DNA of 64,000 nucleotides from Myxococcota bacterium (GCA_040386535.1 JAZKFH010000047.1:94984-158983); one strand, 5' to 3'. Numbered from the stretch's first letter, positions 21,002-30,597 are shown. Numbers and translations are program-made. The notes: a model not told the origin generated them from the sequence alone.

Positions 21002-23380
21002 GTGCTGATTTCGTTGATGGAAGCTGGCCCACGGCTCGCCGGGGGGAAGGGCGCGGCGCTGTGGCGGCTCGCGCAACATGGCGTCCCCGTGCCCGCGACC
21101 TGGGTGCTCCCGCCCGAGGCGTTCGGGGACTTCCTGCGCGGCGCCGGCCTCTGGGCGCTCGCGGAGCGGGGCGACCACGCGGCGCTCCACGCGCGGATCC
21201 TGGCGGCCGAGATGCCCACGTTCCACGGCCCCGCCTTCGCGGCGATGGGGCCGCGCCTCGCGGTGCGGTCGAGCGCGCTCGAAGAGGACGGCAAGACCCA
21301 GTCCCACGCCGGGCAATACGAGAGCGTGCTCGGCGTCACGCACGCCGGCCTCCAGGACGCCGTGCGCCGCTGCTGGGCGAGCTACCACGGCCCTCGCGCG
21401 GTCGCCTACCGTAATGGCAAGGTGACGCCGGGGGCGATGGCGCTGCTCGTGCAAGAGATGGTCGACGCGCGCACCGCCGGGGTCCTGTTCACGGTCAACC
21501 CGGTCACCGGGAGCTGGCGCGAGATGGCGGTCGAGGCCGTGTGGGGCCTCGGCGAGCCGCTCGTGGGCGGGCTCGTCGTGCCCGATCGGTACCTCGTGCG
21601 CCGCCCGCGCCGCACCCCGGGCCCCGTCCAGGCGCTGCTCGCGCGCACCACGCTGGAGCTCGCCAGCGAGACCGTGGCCCGCCAGGATCGCCAGCTCGTC
21701 GTGCGGGGAGAGGGCGTGGTGGACGGCGCCGCCGATGCCCCGCTCGCCCGCAAGCTGCCCCGCTCCGAGCTGTTCGACCTGTGCCGCCTCGGCCTGCGCG
21801 CCGAGACCGTGCTCGGCGGCCCCCAGGACGTCGAGTGGGTGCAGGATCGCGCCGGCCGCTTCTGGGTCGTCCAGTCACGCCCGATCACGACGCGCCAGGA
21901 GCTGCCGCGCGGCGGCAACACGCTCTGGACCCGCCGCTTCATCGGCGAGCGCTGGCCGGACGGCGCCACCCCGCTCGGCTGGTCGATCATCGCGCCGGTG
22001 CTCGAACACTTCGTGTCCTACCCGGCCACGTCCGCGCGGTTTCTCGGCGGCGACCCGCCCCTCCGGCTCGTCCGCGGCCACCCCTACGTGAACGTGACCG
22101 TGTTCCGGCACCTCGCGTTCAAGCTCCCCGGCGGCCCACCGCCCCGCTTCATGCTCGACTTCTTCCCCCCGGCCGAGGAGCGCACGTGGGTGCGCCGCGC
22201 CGCGGCCCCGCCCGATCTGCGGGTGTACGCCGCGATCTTCGCCGAGACCTTCCGCGAGCGTCGCTGGCGTCGCTTCCGCTGGAACCCGTTCGCGAACTGG
22301 AAGGCCTGGGACACGTTCCTGGCCGGCCTCCCCGCCCGGCTCGCCGCGCTCGAGGCCGCCGCCCCCGAGGACGCGCTGACCGTCGCGACGCCCCTGGTGC
22401 GCGACTACGTCAAGGTCCACATCACCTCGCTCCTGTTCGCCAACATGGCCTACGAGATCGTCGGGCCGCTGCTCCCCGAGGCCACGCGCCCCGCGCTGCT
22501 CCGCGCCCCCACCGGCACGATCACCGCGCGCGTGAACGCCGAGCTCTGGTCCCTCGGGCGCGATCCCTCCGGTCTGGACGCGTTCCTGGCGGCGCACGGG
22601 CACCGCTCCTCCGCGAGCTGGGAGGTCTTCGCGCGGCGCTGGGCCGAGGACCCTGACGGGGTGCTTCGCCTCGCGCGGCTCGCCGCGGAGGGCCCCGATC
22701 CACGAGTGCGCCTCCACGCCGAGGAGGAGGAGACCCGCCGCGCGCTCGCCTCCCTGCGCGATCCGCTGCTGCGCTACGCCGTCGGCCTCACCCAGACCTA
22801 CCTGCGCCTGCGCGAGGAGCAGCGCTACCACCTCGACCGCGTGCTGTTCGTGCTCAAGCGCAAGCTCTCGGCGCTCGGCGCGCGCTGGTTCGACGATCCC
22901 GACGACGTGCGGTTCCTCACCGTCGCCGAGCTCGACGGGACGCTGGGCGTCGACGAGCTGCGCCGCACCGTGGCCCGCCGCGCCACGGAGCCCGTCGATC
23001 CGCACCCCGCCGACTTTCTCGACGGAGACGAGGCCCTCGCCGTCGCCGCGGGGGACGCCTCGCGCCTCCAGGGCCTCGGCATCTCGCCGGGCGTCGCGCG
23101 CGGCCGCGTGCGGGTGATCCGCAGCCCGGCCGAGGGCGACAAGCTGCAGCCGGGCGAGATCCTCGTGGCCTGCGCCACCGACCCTGGCTGGACGCCCCTG
23201 TTCGCGCGCGCCGGGGGCCTCGTGCTCGAGCTCGGCGGAATGCTCTCGCACGGCGCGGTCGTGGCGCGCGAGTACCGCCTGCCCGGCGTCGTCAACATCC
23301 CGGGCGCCACGACCCGCCTCGTCGACGGCGTCGAGATCACGCTCGATGGGCGCGGCGGCGTGGTGTGGGTGCACGGGTAG
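21002..23380 (+). CDS. PEP/pyruvate-binding + PEP-utilizing mobile-domain protein (rifampin phosphotransferase-like architecture)
   Basis: GGKG, AVRSSA..ED, AGQYES, GLGE, QSRPIT ATP-grasp motifs; C-terminal TDPGWTP..GGMLSHGAVVAREY His domain. Confidence 0.88.
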   Translation: MLISLMEAGPRLAGGKGAALWRLAQHGVPVPATWVLPPEAFGDFLRGAGLWALAERGDHAALHARILAAEMPTFHGPAFAAMGPRLAVRSSALEEDGKTQSHAGQYESVLGVTHAGLQDAVRRCWASYHGPRAVAYRNGKVTPGAMALLVQEMVDARTAGVLFTVNPVTGSWREMAVEAVWGLGEPLVGGLVVPDRYLVRRPRRTPGPVQALLARTTLELASETVARQDRQLVVRGEGVVDGAADAPLARKLPRSELFDLCRLGLRAETVLGGPQDVEWVQDRAGRFWVVQSRPITTRQELPRGGNTLWTRRFIGERWPDGATPLGWSIIAPVLEHFVSYPATSARFLGGDPPLRLVRGHPYVNVTVFRHLAFKLPGGPPPRFMLDFFPPAEERTWVRRAAAPPDLRVYAAIFAETFRERRWRRFRWNPFANWKAWDTFLAGLPARLAALEAAAPEDALTVATPLVRDYVKVHITSLLFANMAYEIVGPLLPEATRPALLRAPTGTITARVNAELWSLGRDPSGLDAFLAAHGHRSSASWEVFARRWAEDPDGVLRLARLAAEGPDPRVRLHAEEEETRRALASLRDPLLRYAVGLTQTYLRLREEQRYHLDRVLFVLKRKLSALGARWFDDPDDVRFLTVAELDGTLGVDELRRTVARRATEPVDPHPADFLDGDEALAVAAGDASRLQGLGISPGVARGRVRVIRSPAEGDKLQPGEILVACATDPGWTPLFARAGGLVLELGGMLSHGAVVAREYRLPGVVNIPGATTRLVDGVEITLDGRGGVVWVHG

Positions 23381-23476
23381 CGGATCTGGGCAGCCGGACG
23401 GCGCGGACGCCGCCGCTGCGGAAGCGGGGCAGGCGGGGCGAGCGCCGTCACTGCCCACAATCGCGGCCGCCGGCTT

Positions 23477-23637
23477 AGGAGCGTTCGGGAGAAATGCTCC
23501 CGTCGCCCGCTCGCGCCTGCTGGCCGCGGCCGCGCGTCTTCCTCGGTCACAGGTCTCGACCTGCTCCCTCGTCAGCCACGCGGCCGCGTCTCAGCAGTCA
23601 CTTCGCGGACTCGGTCCGCATTTCCCCGAACGCTCCT
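23477..23637. mobile_element. MITE-like element with ~20-bp terminal inverted repeats
   Basis: AGGAGCGTTCGGGAGAAATGC ... GCATTTCCCCGAACGCTCCT; no credible ORF; internal inverted repeats. Confidence 0.65.
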
Positions 23638-23647
23638 GGGAGCCGGC

Positions 23648-24610
23648 ATGCGGATCGCGGCCGTGATCGTCACCCACGCGGGCGGGCGGCTGCTCGCGGA
23701 GTGCCTCGCGTCGTTGGCGGCCCAGACGCGCCCTCCCGACGAGGTCCTCGTCGTCGTGAGCCGCGACGACGTGTTGCCCGTGACCGGCGCGCCCGTCCTG
23801 CAGCTCCGCGCCAACGTCGGCTACGCGCGGGCCGCCAACGCGGGGATCGCCGCCACCTCCGGCGAGCCGCTCCTGCTCAACGACGACACGCGCCTCGATC
23901 CCGGCTGCCTCGCCGCGCTGGAGCGCGCGTTCGGAGTCGCGGGGCGCACGGGCGGCGTGTTCCAGCCGCGCATCGTGCTCGCCGACGGGAGCGGGCGCCT
24001 CGACAACCTCGGCCACGGCTTGTTCCCCGACGGCGCCGTGTGGGCGCGCGGTCGCAACGGTCCCGACCGCGCCCCCGCGGGCGCGCCGGGCGGCTTCTCG
24101 GGCGCCGCGGTGTTGTTCGCGCGCGCGACGTGGGACGCCCTCGGCGGCTTCGACCCCCGCTTCGGCAGCTTCGGCGAGGACGTCGACCTCTCCCTGCGCC
24201 TCCTCCGCCGCGGCATCCCCATCACCGCCGTGCCCGACGCCGTGGTGCACCACCACCTCGGCGCCACCTGGGGCCGCGCGAGCGCCGCCAAGCTGCACGC
24301 CATCGAGCGCAACCGCGTGCGCGCGGCGGTGCGCAGCCTCCCGCTCACCGCGCTGCTGTCGATGCCGGCGTGGACAGCGGGCCGCTACGCCCTCTTCGCG
24401 GCGCTGGCCGCGCGCGGGCGTGGCCCCGGCGACGGGGTCGACTCCGAGGCACAACGCGCGGCGATCGCGGGCCTCGCGGCGGGCGTGCGCGACGCCCCGA
24501 CGTGGTGGCGGGCCCGGCGCGCCGACCGCCGGACGTGGACCCGCGGCGAGCTCGCGACGTGGCGGGCGTTGTGGGCGGGGCGGGCGCGGTGGGAGGATGT
24601 GGGGCGGTGA
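23648..24610 (+). CDS. Glycosyltransferase family 2
   Basis: NVGYARAANAG, LLNDD, GGFDPRF..GEDVDLSLR, VHH. Confidence 0.9.
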   Translation: MRIAAVIVTHAGGRLLAECLASLAAQTRPPDEVLVVVSRDDVLPVTGAPVLQLRANVGYARAANAGIAATSGEPLLLNDDTRLDPGCLAALERAFGVAGRTGGVFQPRIVLADGSGRLDNLGHGLFPDGAVWARGRNGPDRAPAGAPGGFSGAAVLFARATWDALGGFDPRFGSFGEDVDLSLRLLRRGIPITAVPDAVVHHHLGATWGRASAAKLHAIERNRVRAAVRSLPLTALLSMPAWTAGRYALFAALAARGRGPGDGVDSEAQRAAIAGLAAGVRDAPTWWRARRADRRTWTRGELATWRALWAGRARWEDVGR

Positions 24611-24738
24611 GGGGGTGTGCAGGCGTACAACGAAACTGTTGTACTACAACCTTGTAGTGAAGCGGCTGGCCCGCCGGACCGGCACCCCACCGCCCACCCC
24701 CACCCCACCCCCCCGGCCGGGCCCCACCTGCCTTCGGC

Positions 24739-26661
24739 TCAGCCCCGCCGCCGCCGCCGCCACCACCCCGCACAGGCCAACCCGATCAACGCGATCCCCG
24801 CGGCGGCGAGGTTCCGTACACGCTCGGGATGGAACGTGGGGTCCGCGCACTCCTCCGGCGGCCACGCGCGCGTGCGGCGGAGGGCCTCGCGGACGAACGT
24901 CTGCGCGCGCTCGAAGTCGCGGTCGAGGTGCCAGCGCGTGGCCCGGCACAAGAGGATGGGCACCCGCGGGTCGTCGTCGGCGAGCTGCGCGGCGGCGCGT
25001 TGGGCGAGCGAGGACGCGGTGTAGCGGTAGTGCCAGCGCTGGTCGGGGTCGGGGGCGCTGGCGGCCACGCGCGCGGTTTCGTCGGAAGTGGGCGCCAGCG
25101 TGGGGCCCGCTTCCGCGGCGCGGGCCTCGATGCGGGGCATGTAGTCGAAGTCGCCCTCGTAGAGCGAGAAGTCGGGCTGCAGCTCGGTGCCGAGGAGCTC
25201 CAGCCCCTTCGTGCGCGCGAGCAGCGCCGCCTCCCAGAGCGCGGCCGCGCGCACCTCCGCGGTCCACGCCGCCTCGCCGCGGGCCCGTGCGTCGAGGTAT
25301 CGCGCCGCCGCTTCGCGCAACTCTCCGGAGAAGTACGGGAGCGCCCGGGTTTCCTGGCCCTCGCGGAGCAGCCGCCGCGCGAGCAGGTAGCGCAGCCGCC
25401 CGGCGAGCCCCTCGGTGGACCCGCTGCCATCGGCGTCCACGACCGCGACGAGCTCCTCCACGGTCAAGACGCGCTCGGCGACGTAGGCGGCGTCCGTCCA
25501 ATGCCCCGACGCCATGAACGCGTCGAGCGCGCCCCTCCAGTCTCCCGCGGCCAGCCGCACCACCCCGGCCTCGGCCCAGGCCTCCTGGCTCGGCCGCATG
25601 CCGCCGTCCGTGAAGGCCTCCGCCGCGCGGGGCATCCCGCCCTCCGTCCACGCGAGGTCCTCCGGAAACGCCGCCGCCGCCTGTTCGAGGAGGGCCTCGG
25701 CCTCCTCGAGGCGGCCCTCGCGCAGGAGCAGCTTCGCCCGTAGCCAGTCCCGGAGCCCGGATGGGGGTGCGCGGTCGAGCCAGGCGGCGGTCGAGGTGAT
25801 GTCGCCGAGCTGGTAGGCCATCCACGCGAGGTGGTCGGCCTCGGGGACCGTGACGCCGGCGGCCTCGACGGCGCGGAGCCACGCGCGGGTGCGTTCCGCC
25901 TCGCCCTCGTCGGGGGAGGGCCCGCCGTGCGCGACGATCCACGCCGTCGCGAGCGGACGGAGCACGGGGTCGGTGGCCCAGGCGCCGAGGGCGTCGGCCT
26001 CGGCGGCGTCCCGGACGACGAGGTCGAGCGATAGGATCGCGCCCGGGTTTCCAGTGCCGTTCTGGGCCAGGTAGTCGTCCACGGCGGCGCGCCAGTCCCG
26101 CCGATCGAGGTGGCGCCGCGCTCGTTCGCCGAGGGCAGCCGACGCGAGGCCGAGGGGGTCGGGGGCGCCAGCGTCCACCAGCGCGAACACCGCGTCGAAC
26201 GCCTGCGGCGCCGCCTCCGCCTCCGCGAGCATGTAGGTCGCCCACACCGCGCGGTCACGTCGCTGGGGCTCGGGCAGCGCGAGCACGTCACGCCAGGCCG
26301 CCGTCGCGCCCTCCCAATCGTGCGCCCGCCAGCGCGCGGCCCCGTCCGCGTAGCGCACCCACGCCGGCGGCAGCTCGCCCGGAACCGCGGGTCGCGGGCC
26401 CTTCCCCCTGCGCCACAGCAGCCACGCGGCCACGTCTACGCCTCGCCCCGCGAGGTCCGCCGCTTCCACGTCGAGCGCGCCCGCGGCCTGGTACGTGTAG
26501 GCCGAGCGCGGCGTCAGGGCCGCCACCTCCACCCGAAAGTCGGCGACGGGCGCCGCCCAGATCGCCGCGTCGGGCTCGTTCACGAGCGCGTTCTGGAGGT
26601 GGGGGCCGCACGCGCGCGCGTCGCCCGGGAGCAGGAGCATCACGACGCTACTCCACCCCAT
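24739..26661 (-). CDS. Secreted TPR-like helical repeat protein with C-terminal TM/Arg anchor (DUF3142 partner)
   Basis: ARA-CGP N-terminus, W.DAAYVAERVLT.EEL, GLELLGTE..PD, RWHYRY motifs; ends in TM + RRRRR. Confidence 0.7.
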   Translation of the reverse strand: MGWSSVVMLLLPGDARACGPHLQNALVNEPDAAIWAAPVADFRVEVAALTPRSAYTYQAAGALDVEAADLAGRGVDVAAWLLWRRGKGPRPAVPGELPPAWVRYADGAARWRAHDWEGATAAWRDVLALPEPQRRDRAVWATYMLAEAEAAPQAFDAVFALVDAGAPDPLGLASAALGERARRHLDRRDWRAAVDDYLAQNGTGNPGAILSLDLVVRDAAEADALGAWATDPVLRPLATAWIVAHGGPSPDEGEAERTRAWLRAVEAAGVTVPEADHLAWMAYQLGDITSTAAWLDRAPPSGLRDWLRAKLLLREGRLEEAEALLEQAAAAFPEDLAWTEGGMPRAAEAFTDGGMRPSQEAWAEAGVVRLAAGDWRGALDAFMASGHWTDAAYVAERVLTVEELVAVVDADGSGSTEGLAGRLRYLLARRLLREGQETRALPYFSGELREAAARYLDARARGEAAWTAEVRAAALWEAALLARTKGLELLGTELQPDFSLYEGDFDYMPRIEARAAEAGPTLAPTSDETARVAASAPDPDQRWHYRYTASSLAQRAAAQLADDDPRVPILLCRATRWHLDRDFERAQTFVREALRRTRAWPPEECADPTFHPERVRNLAAAGIALIGLACAGWWRRRRRG

Positions 26662-27862
26662 CGACGGTGACCTCCGTGCCGCTCGGGTACCGCGCCCATC
26701 CTACGGTGCGCGTGGCGCCGGGCGCGAGCGGCCGGGGCGTCTTCGACCGGAAGTGAACCTCCGCCCCCACGGTCTGCGCCACGAAGCCGCCCTGGCCGTC
26801 GGCCACGACCGCGGCGTCGCCACCATGGATACGCACGGTCGTGACGAGGGCGTCGTCCTCTCCGCGGTTGTGCACCCGCACGTCGAACAAGCCCGGCGCG
26901 CCGGCCTCAGCGGGCTCTACGAGCGCGCGCACGTCGGCGGTCGGCGCTCGCCCGTTCATCACCGCGTCGAGCGTCGCCCAGCGCCACGCCTGCACGTCCT
27001 GCTCCGTCGGGAGGCGGAACCACGCGAGCCCCAGGACCTCGGGCGGCCGATCCTGGGTGAGCCGCGCCACGACCGTCGCGACCCGCACGGGTTCGGCGCG
27101 CACGCTCCGCAGCGTCACGTCTGTCTTCCAGGCCACCTCCCGCTCCGCGGTCGCGCCGATGTAGGCGCCGTCGGGCGCGAACGCCAGCGTGTACCCGTAC
27201 GTCGGCAGGGCGACCCGGAACGGGAGGTTCAGCGTGGCGGCCCGCTCGATCGCGGCGAGCGCCTCCGCCTCGTCGAGGATGGGCGCCAGAGGATCCGCCA
27301 CCGTCGCGGGCGCCGAGAAGTCGTGCACTTGCAACGTCCACCCGTCTGTCGCCGCGAGCAGCGCCGGCAGCTCGGGGCGTGCGAGCCAGTCGGGGAGGGC
27401 CGTGATCGTGACGGGAACCGCGCTGGCCGCGCGGATCGCCCCCATCCACGACGTGTAGCCGCCGAGCTGGGACGACGCGGCGTCGAAGTCCACCTGCAGC
27501 TCCACGACCGCGTGGCCGTCGTCACGAAATCTGCGCACGGTGTCTGCCGCGACCTCGGCGAGCCCGAGCTCCGCGTCGAACGGGCCCGCCCACGACGCCA
27601 CGCGGAGCACCGCCACGACGTCGTGCCCGGCGAGCGCGCCGGCGTCGGGCACCACCTCGGTCACGACGGGCGCGCCTTCGGCCCACGTCACCTCCGCGGC
27701 AAGCACCCCGAGCCGCTCGAAGCGGCCACCGTGCGCGACCACGGCGGCGGAGACCGGCGGCGTCCACGCGCGTTGCCAGACATAGGCGTCCGATCCCATC
27801 GGCCCGGCGGCGCGGGGCGGGGTGCACGCGACGAGGAGGAGCGCGAGGAACAGGCGGGCCAT
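26648..27862 (-). CDS. DUF3142 domain-containing lipoprotein
   Basis: LLVA-C lipobox; AYVWQRAW, LQVDFDA, ITALPDWL, LQVH, PFRVALPTYG, WFRLP. Confidence 0.82.
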   Translation of the reverse strand: MARLFLALLLVACTPPRAAGPMGSDAYVWQRAWTPPVSAAVVAHGGRFERLGVLAAEVTWAEGAPVVTEVVPDAGALAGHDVVAVLRVASWAGPFDAELGLAEVAADTVRRFRDDGHAVVELQVDFDAASSQLGGYTSWMGAIRAASAVPVTITALPDWLARPELPALLAATDGWTLQVHDFSAPATVADPLAPILDEAEALAAIERAATLNLPFRVALPTYGYTLAFAPDGAYIGATAEREVAWKTDVTLRSVRAEPVRVATVVARLTQDRPPEVLGLAWFRLPTEQDVQAWRWATLDAVMNGRAPTADVRALVEPAEAGAPGLFDVRVHNRGEDDALVTTVRIHGGDAAVVADGQGGFVAQTVGAEVHFRSKTPRPLAPGATRTVGWARYPSGTEVTVDGVE

Positions 27863-27868
27863 GCCTCG

Positions 27869-28579
27869 TTACGCCCGGCCGAGGAAGGTCACGTCGCGAA
27901 AGCGGTCCTTGACCTCCGTGACCGACGCGAACCCCGCTTCGGTGAAGGCGGCGCGCCACTCCGCGATGGAGAAGAGGCCCTCGACATGCCGGTCGTGCAC
28001 CACGTCGACGCTCTCCCCGCGGGTGCAGACCAGGACGAAGTCGACCACGTAGGTGCTCTCCCCCGGCGCGGGCGCGTGGGTCCACATCAGGTAGCGGAGC
28101 GCGCGGCCGTCGTCCCCGTCGTGGCCGTCCGCCTCGGTCGCGGCCTCGTGTGTCTCCCGCACCGAGTCCGGCAGCACGTAGCAGATCCCGCCGGGCTCGA
28201 GGTGGGCGCGGGCCGTGCGCAGCGCGGCCACGAGGTCCGCGTGGGTGGTCATGTAGTTGACCGCGTCGTGAATCAGGACCGCCGGGAAGGTGCGGCCCAG
28301 GCGCACGGTGCGCATGTCGCCGACGTGGTGGGCCATCGTGGGGTTCAGCGGCGCCGACAGGGCGAGCATCTCGGGGGCGAGGTCCACCAGCGTGCACGGG
28401 ATGCCGAGCTGGGAGGCGAAGTGGCCCGCGCCGGACCCGAGCTCCAGCACATGTGTCGGCAGGTGCCCGAGCGCGGCGTGGAACGTGGCGCGAGCGTCCT
28501 CGGCCTCCTCCACGTACTCGGCCGGCTGGGTGAGCAGCGGGTACCAGGGAGCCAGGTCCGTGTAGAGGCGGGGGTGCAT
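27869..28579 (-). CDS. Class I SAM-dependent methyltransferase
   Basis: VLELGSGAG, LVDLAPEML, GDMRTVRLG, IHDA. Confidence 0.9.
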   Translation of the reverse strand: MHPRLYTDLAPWYPLLTQPAEYVEEAEDARATFHAALGHLPTHVLELGSGAGHFASQLGIPCTLVDLAPEMLALSAPLNPTMAHHVGDMRTVRLGRTFPAVLIHDAVNYMTTHADLVAALRTARAHLEPGGICYVLPDSVRETHEAATEADGHDGDDGRALRYLMWTHAPAPGESTYVVDFVLVCTRGESVDVVHDRHVEGLFSIAEWRAAFTEAGFASVTEVKDRFRDVTFLGRA

Positions 28580-28593
28580 CGTTGCCTCCTATT

Positions 28594-30315
28594 CTACGAG
28601 GCGAACAACGCCTGGCGCTGCTCCCGCTCGATGGCCGAAGAGAGCGTGACGGGCGTGGTGACCGTGAGCCCCGCGTTGACGTTGGCCTCCTCCACCACGC
28701 CGCCCTTCAGGCTGCCGCCGACGCCCATGCGCAGCTGGCGCTTCACCACGGCGTCGACCTTGGGGAGATCGACCAGCTCGGCGCCCGCGGCCAGATCGAC
28801 CGTGGGCACCCCAGCCGGGAACATGCACGAGCCGCCGAGAACCTCGGCCGCGATCATCCGCTCGACATCGAGCACGCGCGCCTCGATGCCTTCGGGCCCC
28901 GCGGGGAGCGGCTGGTAGTCGAGCGCCGCGCGCACGGCCTCGACGGGCACGTAGAGCTGCGCCGCGAGCTCGGCCGTCGCGCCGAGGGTGACGAAGCCGC
29001 GCTTGTCCGGCGTCGCGAGGTCGAGCAGCTCGGCGACCACGTTGGGGTCGGTGATCTCCGCGACGTCGGAGACCGATCGGGTGGCCGAGCGGCGCAGCGC
29101 CACGTCGGGCAGGTCGCACGCGGCGACGGTCGGCCCCTCTCCGCCGAAACACGTGTCCGCGGGGTTCAGCAACGCCGCCATCCACGCGATCGCGGCCGTG
29201 ACGCTGGGCGTCTCGAACGCGTCCTCGACGGTGGTGTCCCCCGTCGTCCGTGTCGTCGCGATGGTGAAGCACAGGTTCTCCACGGCCAGCGCGGCGAGAT
29301 CGACGCCGGAGCCGGACACGCGCACGCGGAAACGGCAGCCGGCCGCGGCGGTGAACTCAGGCAGGCCGAGCTTGCGCAGCACCTCGAACAGGCGGTTGTC
29401 GTACTCGGCGCCGCCGCTGCCGCCCGTGGACACCTCGAGGAACGACTGGCCGCCCTCGTGCCCCATCTTCACGCCGGCGTCGGCCTTCAGGCCGACTTCG
29501 CCGTGCGCAAATCCTCCGGTGCCCAAGGCGCCAGAGGCGTCGCCCACATCCCGCACGTCCGACGACCACGACGAGGGCGAGTGGATGAAGGCGAGATCGA
29601 CCATCAGTCCCACCAGCCTGGCCGCGAGGTCGATGGGTCGCTCCAGCAGGAGGTCCGTGAGTGCGTGGGGATCGGCGGTGGCGAGGTCGCGCAGCACGCG
29701 GAGCAGGTTGAAGTCCCACGTCGCTTCGAACGCCGCGGCTTGGACGACGCTGGCTCCGACGCCCCCACCGAGCGCGCTGTCGCCCGCGGAGCCGCTGAAT
29801 CCGAGGCCGAGGCCGAACGCGAGGCCCGCCTGTACTCCCCCCTTGATCGTCAGCGCCAGCCCGTCGGGCGTGCGCATGAACCCGAGCGCGCCGCTCTCCG
29901 CACCGGTCACCGAGAGGTGGCTGGCTGAGGCCGCCTCGTCGAGCTCCATGCCGAAGCCGACCGGGATCACCGCGTCCACGCCGCGCTGCACCATGTCGAC
30001 CGCGTGGAGGAGGATGTCACCGGGCGACTGCGCGGAGACCCATGCTTCCGCCCACGGGGTGCCCTTCTGGCTCAACGCGAGGCGCATCGCCGCTCCCAAC
30101 GGAAGCGCGTCGAGCACGACCGCGCCCATCTCGCCCATCGCGGCGAGCGCGCCTTCTGTCGTCCCGGCGCCGGCCGGCACCGCGCCCGTCAGACCCAGGC
30201 GATCCTGCGCCGCGGCGTTGCCGGTGCACTGCGGCGCCGCGGGTGCTTGCGCGGGGGCGGTGACGGCGGTGGTCGTGGAGGTGGTGGACGACTTCTGGCG
30301 ACTGGACTCGGCCAT
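28594..30315 (-). CDS. Hypothetical protein, 573 aa, with N-terminal GNAAAQ motif
   Basis: Long ORF with coding-like codon bias and GGAG RBS; disordered N-terminus followed by GNAAAQDRL. Confidence 0.7.
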   Translation of the reverse strand: MAESSRQKSSTTSTTTAVTAPAQAPAAPQCTGNAAAQDRLGLTGAVPAGAGTTEGALAAMGEMGAVVLDALPLGAAMRLALSQKGTPWAEAWVSAQSPGDILLHAVDMVQRGVDAVIPVGFGMELDEAASASHLSVTGAESGALGFMRTPDGLALTIKGGVQAGLAFGLGLGFSGSAGDSALGGGVGASVVQAAAFEATWDFNLLRVLRDLATADPHALTDLLLERPIDLAARLVGLMVDLAFIHSPSSWSSDVRDVGDASGALGTGGFAHGEVGLKADAGVKMGHEGGQSFLEVSTGGSGGAEYDNRLFEVLRKLGLPEFTAAAGCRFRVRVSGSGVDLAALAVENLCFTIATTRTTGDTTVEDAFETPSVTAAIAWMAALLNPADTCFGGEGPTVAACDLPDVALRRSATRSVSDVAEITDPNVVAELLDLATPDKRGFVTLGATAELAAQLYVPVEAVRAALDYQPLPAGPEGIEARVLDVERMIAAEVLGGSCMFPAGVPTVDLAAGAELVDLPKVDAVVKRQLRMGVGGSLKGGVVEEANVNAGLTVTTPVTLSSAIEREQRQALFAS

Positions 30316-30342
30316 GGCGGCTCCGGGGGCCCCCCGTCGCGT

Positions 30343-30358
30343 TGCATGGGGCGTGCCG
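30343..30358 (-). promoter_or_regulatory. Putative sigma54 (-24/-12) promoter
   Basis: CGGCACGCCCCATGCA = GG-N10-GC, ~30 bp upstream of the ATG at 30315. Confidence 0.6.
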
Positions 30359-30362
30359 GGCG

Positions 30363-30473
30363 TAAGTGGTTGATCTTTGGTGATGGGGGTGGGGGGTGAC
30401 GGAAGTCGACAACTGTCAGGTGACGGACGTCCGTCACCCCTGTCACCCTCGCATCCGTGTTTTCAGGCACTTG
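30363..30473. promoter_or_regulatory. IHF-like sites flanking a perfect 20-bp palindrome (candidate enhancer/operator)
   Basis: GATCAACCACTTA (minus, 30363-30375); TTTCAGGCACTTG (30461-30473); GGTGACGGACGTCCGTCACC (30419-30438). Confidence 0.5.
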
Positions 30474-30597
30474 GGTCTGGACTCCATCTTGCATGGCGGC
30501 GGACGACACCAGCCGAACCGGATCTTCTCGCCTCGCGATCCTTGCGTCGCGAGGCGCGGCTGTGTAACAATCCGAACCCAGCCGTTGGAGGCTCCTG

